DNA of 64,000 nucleotides from Andalucia godoyi And28 (Eukaryota > Protista > Jakobida). The position numbers were made by a program, and so were the translations under genes. Below, one piece after another: positions 40,680 through 50,900 of the stretch (positions are counted from its first letter, which is position 1; each line of letters begins with the position of its first letter). The stretch is from positions 208,233-272,232 of the forward strand of contig VRVR01000039.1 of the NCBI GenBank assembly GCA_009859145.1, read 5' to 3'. The notes below the pieces were generated by a model that did no database searches, was not told the DNA's origin, and saw only the letters and a program-made list of their open reading frames with translations.

Positions 40680-41730
40680 CGCCTACAGTGTACACTATCC
40701 ACGGCTAATCATCGCTGATCACCCATAATCCATGTTGCAACCCAACAACATGCATAGCATGATTGGGAAGGGGGGCAGGCCCCAACACGCCCCCTCGGCA
40801 TGAGAGACGCTCTTAAGAGAGATGTTGCGCGCGCCGTTCCAATCGCGGTCGAGCGTGCATTTGCACGATGGCCAACAAAACACACCTTGTTTCCACACAC
40901 AACTTGCGATGCATGAGCAATTAAAATAAAGAAATGAAATGAGCGTCGCCGTGCGAGAATGCAACGCGGGGGCGTGTGTTATAGGGATTTCATGATCAAA
41001 AATGGGGAGAAACGAATCGGGCATCGTGTGACGGAGTTGCTTAAGATACCGTAACAAACGCATGCGCATGGCGCGTGGCAGTGTTTTTTTGTTTGCGTGC
41101 GCTTTAGATTGCTTCATCATATCGCAATAAGTGGCAGCGGCCTGTGTCTTCCGCAATCTGCAAAGAAATGGTACTGTTGCTGGTGGTGGTGTTGTTGTTG
41201 AAAAGAACAAAAAAGGGGGAGAAGAGAATCAAAAAACTTATATGTTGTACACAAATGATGACGAGCCGAAACAGCGCAGGATTTCGCAACTGTTAGGAGG
41301 GGTGGTTCAACTGGATAACAGGTAAATACTGCGTGTACACCAGGAATCATCGTCGTCGTCTAGGTTTAACGGGAAATAGATGATACTCGTGTCGCTTCGA
41401 TCGGAAGCAAAACAAGGGAGTGACTGACAACAGACTGATTTTGCATCCTCAACATGATGATGATGATGATGATGATTGTCATCGTTGTTGTTGCGAATGC
41501 TGTCAGGCACAAAAGAAAGGAGAGGATCCCTGTGTGTGGAAATGCCATTCCAGAACAAATCTCGCAATCTGCTTCTTCTCATCAACAGCAGGAGAGTGCC
41601 AAAGAGATAGGGACAGCCAATCCACCGCTGCAGCTGAATGTGCAATAACGATAGGCATTGGGAACGTGGAGGGAAAGCGAGAGACACGGCACACGGATTC
41701 GCGGGCGTGCCTTCAACGCGCGGATCAAAA
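40680..41730 (-). mobile_element. Fanzor/TnpB-like relic A (longest; motifs collinear)
   Basis: In order on the minus strand: LQRWIGC; LD/PGVHAVFTCY (RuvC-I-like, split by a GAC/GAT run); RAMRMRLLRYLKQLRH; LPIFD; LHSRTA; GNKV/FCWPSCKCTLDRDWNGARNISLK. Then the G/C box, a GCGA hairpin and the end TGTAGGCG at 40680. The left boundary is uncertain. Confidence 0.85.
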
Positions 41731-41731
41731 G

Positions 41732-42091
41732 CTAGCTCGAATGCGAGGCCGACAACGACGAGGAAGAGGACGACGCCGAGGACGAAGAAGAAGAAGAAGA
41801 GGCGGAATAAGAAGGATGATACTTCTGATTATCGAAAATGTCGCATTTCACCTGGTCAAACAATGGATTCGTGTGCATAATCCAGTCAAAGAACGACTGG
41901 TCTTTCTCGGGCATTGTGACGATTGCATTCTGCCAGTAATCATGCAGTTCCTTCAGCCAATCCGGCTCCCCTTCTTCTATTTTCCCGTCTGCCGAAGACA
42001 TACTACCATTCGTATCCATTTCCATTTCCATTTCCATTTCCATTTCGTCGTTCACCACCACCACCACCACCACCGCCACTTCCTCCGCCAC
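41732..42091 (-). CDS. Small acidic, Ser-rich ORF (possibly the leader of relic A or an independent gene)
   Basis: 119-aa ATG ORF, largely microsatellite-derived, with a short W-rich core. Its stop lies immediately upstream of relic A. Confidence 0.3.
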   Translation of the reverse strand: MAEEVAVVVVVVVNDEMEMEMEMEMDTNGSMSSADGKIEEGEPDWLKELHDYWQNAIVTMPEKDQSFFDWIMHTNPLFDQVKCDIFDNQKYHPSYSASSSSSSSSASSSSSSLSASHSS

Positions 42092-42488
42092 TACTTCTTT
42101 GTCTTATTCTTTAGCAATCCGGCAAACCGACAATGACACACACACACACGCAAACACACAAAACAAGAAGAAAACTCGCAGCGACTCAGTTCACGAATAC
42201 CGAGAGTCGAGCAACTGTTTCGATGGAGTTTCTTTTTCTTTGTTTTTTTGGTTTCTTTGTTTTGGAAACCAGATGGCCGATAAGCGCTGCACCAACCATA
42301 CGAAAGAGGAGGATAGAAGAAAGAGAAAAATGAAACAAACAAGAAAAAAGGCGTTGGAGCATTTTCCATTTCTTTTTTTTACAGTCGGAAAGGTTTTTTT
42401 ACACTTCTTTTTCGGTCATTTCTGTTCTTCTTCTTCTTCTTTTACTGGGGGAAAAAAGCAGCCACGGGAATGTATGATGTCGCTGTTT

Positions 42489-43250
42489 CTAGAGGGATCC
42501 ATTGTTCTTCTTGACGACGATGACGATGACGGCGACGAGTCCTCCGATGAGGATCACAGTACACAAAAACATGCTTCCCATTTTCGACTTGGAGAGAACG
42601 CGTTCCGTCTTTTTAGTGACTGCCTTCATTCGATTATTCGTTCGATCCATCAGCACCGTGGTTTCATCAAGCATTGTGTTTTGGATTCCAATCTCATCCG
42701 AGATTTGCTGCCCGACGGCCTTTTGCCTCTCAATGACCCTGGAAAGCGCATCGAGATCATCGTCTTGTTGGCTCATCATCTTTTGCTGTTGCTGCAGCGT
42801 GTCCGAGACGGATCGGTCATCACCCTGACCAATCGCTGATGCTCCTCCTGCTCCCGCACCTGTACCTGCTTGCTGGTACCCGTTCCCCGTTGCATTTCCA
42901 AGAAGTGTGGTTCTCTGCATCGTCGTCTTTTTCCCGCCGCCTGTCGTGCTTCCAGACCCGAACTCCGACTGCACCGACTCGGCCTCCAGCTTCAATTGCG
43001 AAAGAAGTTCTCGCCGCCTCCGGACCTCGCCAGCCGTAACCTTGAATTCCGCAGGCGCCTTCTCGTGCGCTCCAAGATGCCCTTCGAGATCCGAAATCCC
43101 CTTCTCTACTCGCAACAGTCGACGACGTGCCACCGAGTGCTGTGTCGGCCCTCCATCCACAACCAGCGCCCGGATGTCAGAGCACTCTCGCATGAACCCC
43201 CGGTACCGCGTCATCCAACTTGCGCCATCAGGAACCCCACTTTCACTCAT
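42489..43250 (-). CDS. Syntaxin-8/SYP5-like Qc-SNARE
   Basis: Habc-like helices (EVRRRRELL), SNARE motif QQDDDLDALSRVIERQKAVGQQISDEIGIQNTMLD, C-terminal transmembrane anchor. Confidence 0.88.
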   Translation of the reverse strand: MSESGVPDGASWMTRYRGFMRECSDIRALVVDGGPTQHSVARRRLLRVEKGISDLEGHLGAHEKAPAEFKVTAGEVRRRRELLSQLKLEAESVQSEFGSGSTTGGGKKTTMQRTTLLGNATGNGYQQAGTGAGAGGASAIGQGDDRSVSDTLQQQQKMMSQQDDDLDALSRVIERQKAVGQQISDEIGIQNTMLDETTVLMDRTNNRMKAVTKKTERVLSKSKMGSMFLCTVILIGGLVAVIVIVVKKNNGSL

Positions 43251-43568
43251 CTAAATCCTCTTTCCTTCTTTTCCCCCTTCTTTTCCTACCCCCTTTTCTT
43301 TTTAAATTTAAAACGCTCGTGGGAGAAAAAAACAACAACAAAAAACCACCAAAAGAACACCAAACCACAAAACACGCAGGCCGAAACAAGACGAAGAGAA
43401 TAGGTAGAATTGCGGGGGACGAGAAGCCCAAAGAGCCCCAAAAATGAGAGAGCCACGCCCTCATGGAAAAGAAGGAAGGCGGAAAAACATCATGATAATT
43501 CCGTTAGTATCACGTGATGCTGGGGCTCATGCTGACGTCTTCGTTCTTTTCATCTTTTCCCTCCATTG

Positions 43569-43613
<45 letters not shown>

Positions 43614-43688
43614 CAATATCTGTGGTTCTCTCTGTGCGGTTGGTTGGTTTTGACTCGGCGTGGTCCGTTGTTTGCGAGTCGAGCACAG

Positions 43689-45950
43689 ATGAGTGGAAAT
43701 CGTCGGAAGCGGAATTTGCCAGAGGACGATCCGGAAGTTCCGGACGATGCAAACTCTCCGGCTCCGTCATCTCTGTATGAGCTTGGTGGCAGTGGAGGCG
43801 GTGTCGGAGGTGGCGGAGGTGGGGCTGGTTCTGGGTCTGGGTCATCGATGGTGACGAATCCTGCGATGAGCGGCGTCAATACGACTCTGGCGTCACTGAC
43901 ACAAAAAGAAAACAAAAAGAAAAAAGTGGACGAGAAGCCGAAGCCAAAGGAAAAGATCCAAGAGGTGAACCGGGAAAGCGAGAAGATGGTCCAGGATTTC
44001 TGGAATGTTGTTGGTGCGTTTTTCCAGCCGATTCAGGAGTCGCTGCTGAAGCAAATGGTGCCGTCCGACATACCAGACGACGACGACGTCTTTAAGATCC
44101 CAAGCCGTGGCAGGCACTACATTGACAGGTGGAGACGAGAAGACGACGTCTTTCAGAATGACGTCAGACAGAAGCTTGCCGCAATGGATGGGTCCGCCTA
44201 CCTCTCGAATGACCCTTCGCTGTATGCTCCTTCTTCTGCCTCCGGCTCTGGTTCCGGGGCTGCGTTTGGGACGGGAACGGGGTCGGGATCGGGGTCGAGC
44301 ACGCCATTTGGGTCGACGTGCAGCACAATCACTGCCAAAATGCAATACCTAGCTGACGCCCATTCTCGCGCAAGCAAAATCCTCGAAACGGCCTCCGATG
44401 CAATGGACAGATTTCGTTCCAATTGGGTTGAGGCCGACTTGTCCGCCGCAGCATACGGTTGGCACTCTCTTCCCCAACGGCTTCTGGCAGGCATGGTTCC
44501 TGTGCGCATTCCCACAGCCTCTTCTTCTTCTTCTTCTTCTTCTTCTTCTTCTTCTTCTTCTTCTTCTTCTTCGTCCACCTCGTCATCCTCGACTGGGCCT
44601 GCTGAGTCCGGTTTGGTGGGTTCTAGCTTGAGGGCTAGTGCACCCGGTTCTGTTGTGAATGGTGCGAGCACAATGTCCGATTCTCCTTCCGCATCGTCCG
44701 TTACCTCGGCACAGACCATGCACGAGGACGAGGAAGATACCTTGGTGTTTCCATTCTCTGGGTTCACCGATGATGCTTCCGACGCCAGGCTTGTGTCTTT
44801 GGATTTTCTCCCTCCTGTCATGGAGGACTTTGCTGCGAATCTGCAATCCATTTTGAAAAGGGACGATGTAAATGTGCTGCATTCAGACGACGAGTTTGAT
44901 GCGTACGAACGGGATGACGATGAAGTGTGCGCGGAAATCATGGACAAGCAATACCAGCTGCGAGCGTTGGTTCGACGCAACATCCAGGTGCTAACCGAGC
45001 TACAAGAACGAGCTCGACAACAGATGCGCAATGATATGGCGAGAAAAGATGAAATGAACAGGTACAAGAGAGTGGAGGTAATGTGGAATGCCCGTCCGGA
45101 TGCAGCAGCTGCGCGCAATGCAAAGGACAAGAAGAAGACCAAGGCCAGCACAGCGTCCAACATGCCAGGCGTACCGAAGGACGCAGACAAGCGTGTGCTG
45201 TCGCACATTCCCACAGTGCTTGCGCGGTATGAAGAGCTTCTGAAGAAGCACAAGAAGGACTGGCTGCTGTCGACGGATTCGTCGTCGTCGTCGTCGCAGC
45301 AAGAAGGACAATCGGGTGCCGGGCCAGCGAGCGGCCCTGCTGCTGGATCGGGATTGGGGGCCGGCGGAAGCATGGGAGCGCAGTCCAGCAGCCTTGGTGG
45401 ATCACTGCAAGTCGGTGACACACCAGGATTGCCTGTTCTTGGAGAGTTTGCCGACGATGACGCGAGTGGAGCGAACAATGCGGAGGCTGTTGCAGGAGTG
45501 TCCACCGCAGGCATGGATCCGAGCCGCCTGGTTTGCCAGCAGTCTGAATCTTTCGATTCGGATCTTGCAGACGCGCTGAAGCAGCTGTCCGACTGGTTGT
45601 TGCTCAACAAGTCTTGCAAGGTTGCACCGCGTGCGCATACGCGGTGGCGCAAGTTACTGTCATTGCTGCGCTCTGTTCTTATCTTGTATTCACCACCTGC
45701 CCTGCCTCCTGTTAGCACGGAGGATGGAGATGCCTCAATGTCATCGGTGATTCCGGGTCCCTTCGGGCTTGAGGATCTGACCGATGACGAGCGCGCAGGC
45801 CTTGCGGACGTTGCCAAGTTGCTGAAGAGCTGTGAAGAAATTATGGAGTCGGGCCGTGCGTGGGATGCCTTGAAGGAGGCCCTCAGAGAGTGCGAAGTGG
45901 CATTTTCTCTTGTAGAAACACTCGGATCCGAAGACCTACCAGACGTGTAA
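43689..45950 (+). CDS. Ada3/TADA3-like SAGA/ATAC subunit
   Basis: ATG 43689. FWNVVGAFFQPI, IPSRGRHYIDRW, LPQRLLAGMV and DDDEVCAEI..Q..L match Ada3 motifs. Contains a (TCT)n poly-Ser run. Confidence 0.7.
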   Translation: MSGNRRKRNLPEDDPEVPDDANSPAPSSLYELGGSGGGVGGGGGGAGSGSGSSMVTNPAMSGVNTTLASLTQKENKKKKVDEKPKPKEKIQEVNRESEKMVQDFWNVVGAFFQPIQESLLKQMVPSDIPDDDDVFKIPSRGRHYIDRWRREDDVFQNDVRQKLAAMDGSAYLSNDPSLYAPSSASGSGSGAAFGTGTGSGSGSSTPFGSTCSTITAKMQYLADAHSRASKILETASDAMDRFRSNWVEADLSAAAYGWHSLPQRLLAGMVPVRIPTASSSSSSSSSSSSSSSSSSSTSSSSTGPAESGLVGSSLRASAPGSVVNGASTMSDSPSASSVTSAQTMHEDEEDTLVFPFSGFTDDASDARLVSLDFLPPVMEDFAANLQSILKRDDVNVLHSDDEFDAYERDDDEVCAEIMDKQYQLRALVRRNIQVLTELQERARQQMRNDMARKDEMNRYKRVEVMWNARPDAAAARNAKDKKKTKASTASNMPGVPKDADKRVLSHIPTVLARYEELLKKHKKDWLLSTDSSSSSSQQEGQSGAGPASGPAAGSGLGAGGSMGAQSSSLGGSLQVGDTPGLPVLGEFADDDASGANNAEAVAGVSTAGMDPSRLVCQQSESFDSDLADALKQLSDWLLLNKSCKVAPRAHTRWRKLLSLLRSVLILYSPPALPPVSTEDGDASMSSVIPGPFGLEDLTDDERAGLADVAKLLKSCEEIMESGRAWDALKEALRECEVAFSLVETLGSEDLPDV

Positions 45951-46137
45951 ACTATTCATCTGCAGAGCTCGGAAAACCTTCTCGAATCTTTGCGGATCCT
46001 TGTTTTGCAGTTGTCGGTTCTGTTCCAGTGACGACTCTCGTCTGATCCCTCTGCTTTGGTTCTGCAGCGGAAAAGGGGTGGTGCGCTCCGGGATGACGAC
46101 TAGCGGCAACAATCAAACACATAGTCAAACGCCTCAT

Positions 46138-46174
<37 letters not shown>

Positions 46175-46342
46175 AACACCACATGGAGCGCCAAATTTTA
46201 TGTCCATTGTACGGAGAGCATTTTTGCGAAATGTTCGGTGAACAAAACAAGAAAGTCCGCAGAAGAAGGAAAAGATCACACAGCAGCAACAAGGAGAGTG
46301 CATAGCACAATGGCAGCGATTAGCTGCATTTTCCCACCCTCC

Positions 46343-47188
46343 TCAGTTCTTCTTGGAGTCGGACAGCAGCTTGTCCTGTGGAGCCCCAAAGATGAGGCCG
46401 ACGACAAACTTCACAGGGAAGATGGCCGACGTGTGTCTCTTGTACAAGCGGTACGAAGATCCAAACTTCTTGACCAGTCTCTTCTCTTCGTAGTGGACTC
46501 CGATCATGAGGTACGCGGCCAACAAGAACCAGAGGACCAACCGATCAATGGTCATATGATGGGCGACCAGGGTTGCGGACAGCGTGGAGAGATAGATGGG
46601 GTGTCGCACGAGTCCATAAACTCCGGTTGTCTGCAACACGACCGGCTTATTCTCTTCCTCGTGCAACTGGCGCTCCGACTTGAACGGATGCGTGAGGCCT
46701 ACGAATTCAAACAGACCGTGCTGCGACAGCGCAATGTGTCCCGGGATCATGCACACGGAGAACAGCGCAAGGGCAACCGCCGTATCAAACTCGGGGTACG
46801 GATTGAGCTTCCAGACGGTGGTGTCGAGACGCTGCCAATAGAGCATCATGACAGACAGCTGAATTCCAGTGACGACCATGTAGAATCCACGGATGTACTG
46901 GACACGAAGGAATTTGGACAAAATCTTCTTGAACCACGGCTGAGCAGTAATTGAATGCACAACGCCAAACTCAAGCACCAGACCCGCGTTCCACAGATGG
47001 ACGTAGTACCACGGATGGTTCGGGCTAAGAGTCACGACAGGCTCTTCCAGATACCCCGGGATGCGCAAGTTGAATGCAATCCACACATGGAACAGAATCG
47101 ACGGAATCCCGCCAACGACAAAGTTGACAATTGCAACAAACAGCGCTTCTAAGAACGGCGGCCGCTTCGACGAAATCTCAGTTGGCAT
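46343..47188 (-). CDS. Nurim/MddA-like membrane methyltransferase-fold protein (ICMT/PEMT superfamily)
   Basis: ATG 47188. Several transmembrane helices; HSITAQPWFKK, GLFEFVGL, GVYGLVRHPIYL, EEKRLVKKFGSSYRLY. Confidence 0.75.
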   Translation of the reverse strand: MPTEISSKRPPFLEALFVAIVNFVVGGIPSILFHVWIAFNLRIPGYLEEPVVTLSPNHPWYYVHLWNAGLVLEFGVVHSITAQPWFKKILSKFLRVQYIRGFYMVVTGIQLSVMMLYWQRLDTTVWKLNPYPEFDTAVALALFSVCMIPGHIALSQHGLFEFVGLTHPFKSERQLHEEENKPVVLQTTGVYGLVRHPIYLSTLSATLVAHHMTIDRLVLWFLLAAYLMIGVHYEEKRLVKKFGSSYRLYKRHTSAIFPVKFVVGLIFGAPQDKLLSDSKKN

Positions 47189-47919
47189 CTCTGTATCACT
47201 CACAAGCCTCTTTCTTTCCTTTTCCTGTTTCTAAAAGAAGAATTGAAATAAAGAAAATAAATAAATAAACATATAGAACAAAAACAAAAAACAAAAACAA
47301 AAATTACGACAATAATATAGATTGGAGGAGAAAGGGAAAAGGAGGCAATAGAAGCAAAAGGAAGCCAAGAAAGATGCAGAAAGGGCGGCAGAGGGCGTCG
47401 GGGAATATCGGCCTTGCGGAGGATACTGCATCGGACCTGGGCAGACCGTCTGCCAGGCCTTGCGACGGCCGTTGGATGTACAGCAGTTTGTTCGTACCTT
47501 CTGCCCGTACTTCCATTCGGGTCGGCGGAGTTCATAGTCGAGAGGTGATGGACATGCGAGCACCGGTCCGACGGGTCGGGGCGAACTGCGAACAAGCGCT
47601 GATTTCTCAGCCCTCATACCGATAGGTCGATCGCATTGGCGAAGGCTCAGCCAAACTTGAAACAGCTCAGTTTTGCAGCTTCTCCGATATGCATTTTCCC
47701 CCTCACAAACCCCCGTCACCTTTCCCCATGCCAGACGTGCACTTTTTCTCATTCTTTGTTCAGTTGTATTTCAAATGTGTTATTATTGTTATTGTTATTA
47801 TTTTTTATATAAAATAATGAATTCATAATATTTTTCTTTTCTTTCTCTTTTCTTTCTCTTTTCTGATTTTTGATTATTTTACATTTTAAAAGATTCTTTA
47901 AAAAACTGGCTCGATAGTC

Positions 47920-50900
47920 ATGGGTGCAGCCGAGTCTACGTCTGCAGATGCTTCCGCACGCGCATCGACGATCGCGAGTGCTTCTTCGTCCTCCGCTTCC
48001 GCTTCCGTTTCCGCTTTCCCTTTGGCAGCAACAACTGCTGCTGGCGGTGGAACGTTGGTAGGGTCTGCGCAGTCTGGAGGCCTTTTTTCTGTGAGTGCAG
48101 ACACGGTGTACAATCCAGCGGAAATTGACGCGGGGCGCTGTGCAATGCCTGCTTCGTTCAGAGATGTTATTTTCTCTCGGGGCATGCATTTCGCCCTTGA
48201 TGATGCACTGACGATTCTTGATGGAAACGGCGCAGAAATTGCACCGACGTATACATTTGGAGACCTGTTTCGGATCTCTGCGGCGCTGGCGCAGCACATG
48301 ACGGGAAACCTGGGGCTGACGCAAGCAGACCGGTGTGTGCTGGTGTTCCATACCTCGGTGGAGTTTTTCGTTTCGTTCTTTGCATGCATGCTTGCGGGGG
48401 TCACGTCCGTCCCTGTCAGCGTTCCTTCTCCTCGGGCAGTGCATGCACTGTTTGGAATCATCGCGGATTGCCAGCCGAAGTGCGTCTTGGCTGCGGAATC
48501 CATGCGAGCAGCGTTCGAACCCGCTTTTCAGCAAGCGCAGTCCAAGTTTCCAGATTTGAAACACATTTTTCTCGACTTTGTTGGACCAGCGTTTATCGAA
48601 AGTGCAAGTCCGCAGAAGTTTGATGTTCAGCATTGGGCTAGAGAGCATCGAAATGCGATCGCCGACGCAGACGGGTCTGCGATTGTGTTCATGCAGTATT
48701 CCAGCGGCACAACGTCGTCTCCAAAAGGAATTTGCATTCGAAACCGCAACTTAGTCACCAACTGTCAGATGGTATGGCGCTTCTTCTCGATGCCAAAGCG
48801 CGGAGAAACACATGTATCGTGGCTTCCTGTGTTCCATGACATGGGTCTCATGCTCGGTGTTCTTTTGCCAATGTACGCGGGTGCCAAAGCGGTGTTGCTG
48901 TCTCCGGACACATTCGTAAGGAATCCGGCGCTGTGGTTGCTGGCCTGCACAAAGTATAATGCTGTCGTCACAGGTGCGCCTAATTTTGCGTACGAGCTGT
49001 GCATCCGAAAGGTGGATGACAAGATGCTCGATCAGGTCAATTTGCAGTCCCTGCGGACAATGTTTTCTGGGGCTGAGCTGGTTCGAGCGGACACTGTCAA
49101 GAAGTTTTTCGAAAGATTTGTGCCTCGAGGTCTTCGCACGAGTTCTTATGCGCCTTGTTACGGCATGGCGGAAACCGTCGTGTTTGCTTGCGGACGGCAA
49201 GAAGGCGACGAGTTGTTCATCATTGACATTAATGATCTTCCAGCGCTCAGCGCCAATCCATGGAGCGTCCCCAGATTGAAGTCCTATGTGGGTTGTGGAA
49301 GAACTGCGTACAACGCTCTAATTATCATTGTCAATCCGGAGTCTTTGCGGCCTTGTTCCGATGGCCAGGAGGGCGAGGTTTGGCTGTCCAGTCCGTCTGT
49401 TTCCGACTCGTATTTTGGAAAGCCAGCGATATCAGAAAGCACAATGCATGCCACCTTGCCTGCACCGGAATTCAAGGGTCATCGTTTCCTGAGAACCGGA
49501 GATGTCGGCTTTCTCTACAAAAAGCAACTGTTTGTGACGGGGAGAATCAAAGACATTATCAAGATTAATGGCGCATCTGTGTTTCCAACCGATGTAGAGT
49601 ATCTGATCGAATCGCGTTACTCCATTGTCAAGCCTGGCTGTTCAGCGGTGTTTTCTGTTTCGAGCGCAAACGCAAAAGAGGAAAGCATCATGTGCTCCTG
49701 CGAGCTTCGGAAGGGCTCCTTCTTGTCGGCTGAAGTATTTGATTCGATTGCACAGCTTATCTGGAAGGAGATGCATGTTTCACTCGGCTGTGTTGTCTTT
49801 GTCACTGAATCTGCAAATCGGAAGACAACAAGCGGCAAGATATCTCGCTACGGCTGCAGACAGGACCTGTCTCGAAAACGCTGGCAAGAATCCGATGCCG
49901 TCTTGGGATGGAAGTTTTTCATTGCCAATCTTCGCGATGCATTTGTATCGCCGGATGTTTCGGACGTCTTCATACGTCCGGAATGCATCCAGAAGGCGTC
50001 TGAAGTTGATGCAGCAAATCATGTTACTGTTCCGGCAAGGTCGTCCTCGGTTTCTGATATAGAAAATGCGCCTGTTTCTGCGGCTGTTCAAGGACATGCA
50101 TCATCATCATCGTCGTCGTCATCCGCAGCACCATCTCTTGCCGCGCTTCCTCCGTTGAGCCCCTTATCAATGCCTTCCGTGACAAATGCTTCAGCATCGT
50201 CAATCGTTCTTGGATGCCCCGAGCCTCATCTCGCGTGGACATTGACGTCATTGGAAGCAAAAATTCGGGATCTCGTCTCACAGGAGACGGGCGTTCCTGC
50301 AAGTGATTTCGCCATGGACGCTCCCTTATCATCGTACAGCTTGACTTCCGTGTCTGCAGTACAGTTGTCTGCCGCCATTGAAAGTGAGTTTCACATTGTT
50401 TTGGAAAAGGATTTTCTATTTCAGAATCCGTCGCTGCGTTCGCTTATCTTGTGCGTCGCAGATTTCCTTGGCCTGTCTGTTGCGTCTTCTACTGCGACCA
50501 TGTCTTCTTTCTCAGTGCTGTTGAAGGAGCCTTCTGTGAGAAAAAACACAAATTTGATTGCCATCGTGGGGTACAGCTCCAGGTTTCCCGGTGCATCATC
50601 TCCCGAGGTGTTCTGGCAGAGTCTTATCGATGGTGCAGAACTTGTCGCCCGAGTTCCGATTAATCGTTTTCGGAATGTGAATGATCCATCCGGGGAGTTT
50701 GTTGTCGGGCACTACCTTGAGCAAATCCGAGACTTCGACTACAAGTTTTGGAACATGTCATACCAGGAGGCTTGCATGATGGACCCGCAGCAACGGCTAA
50801 TAATGGAACTCGTGGTCGAAGCCGTGCAGCGTAGTGGCATGAAACTCAGCGATCTCAAGGGGACGTCCACAGGAGTCTTCACATGCACCTCTCCTTCTGG

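Noticed and set aside
44198-45817. 539-aa minus-strand ORF
   Set aside because: It lies antisense to the Ada3-like gene and has no motifs. The same applies to most 100-300 aa nested ORFs in the track.
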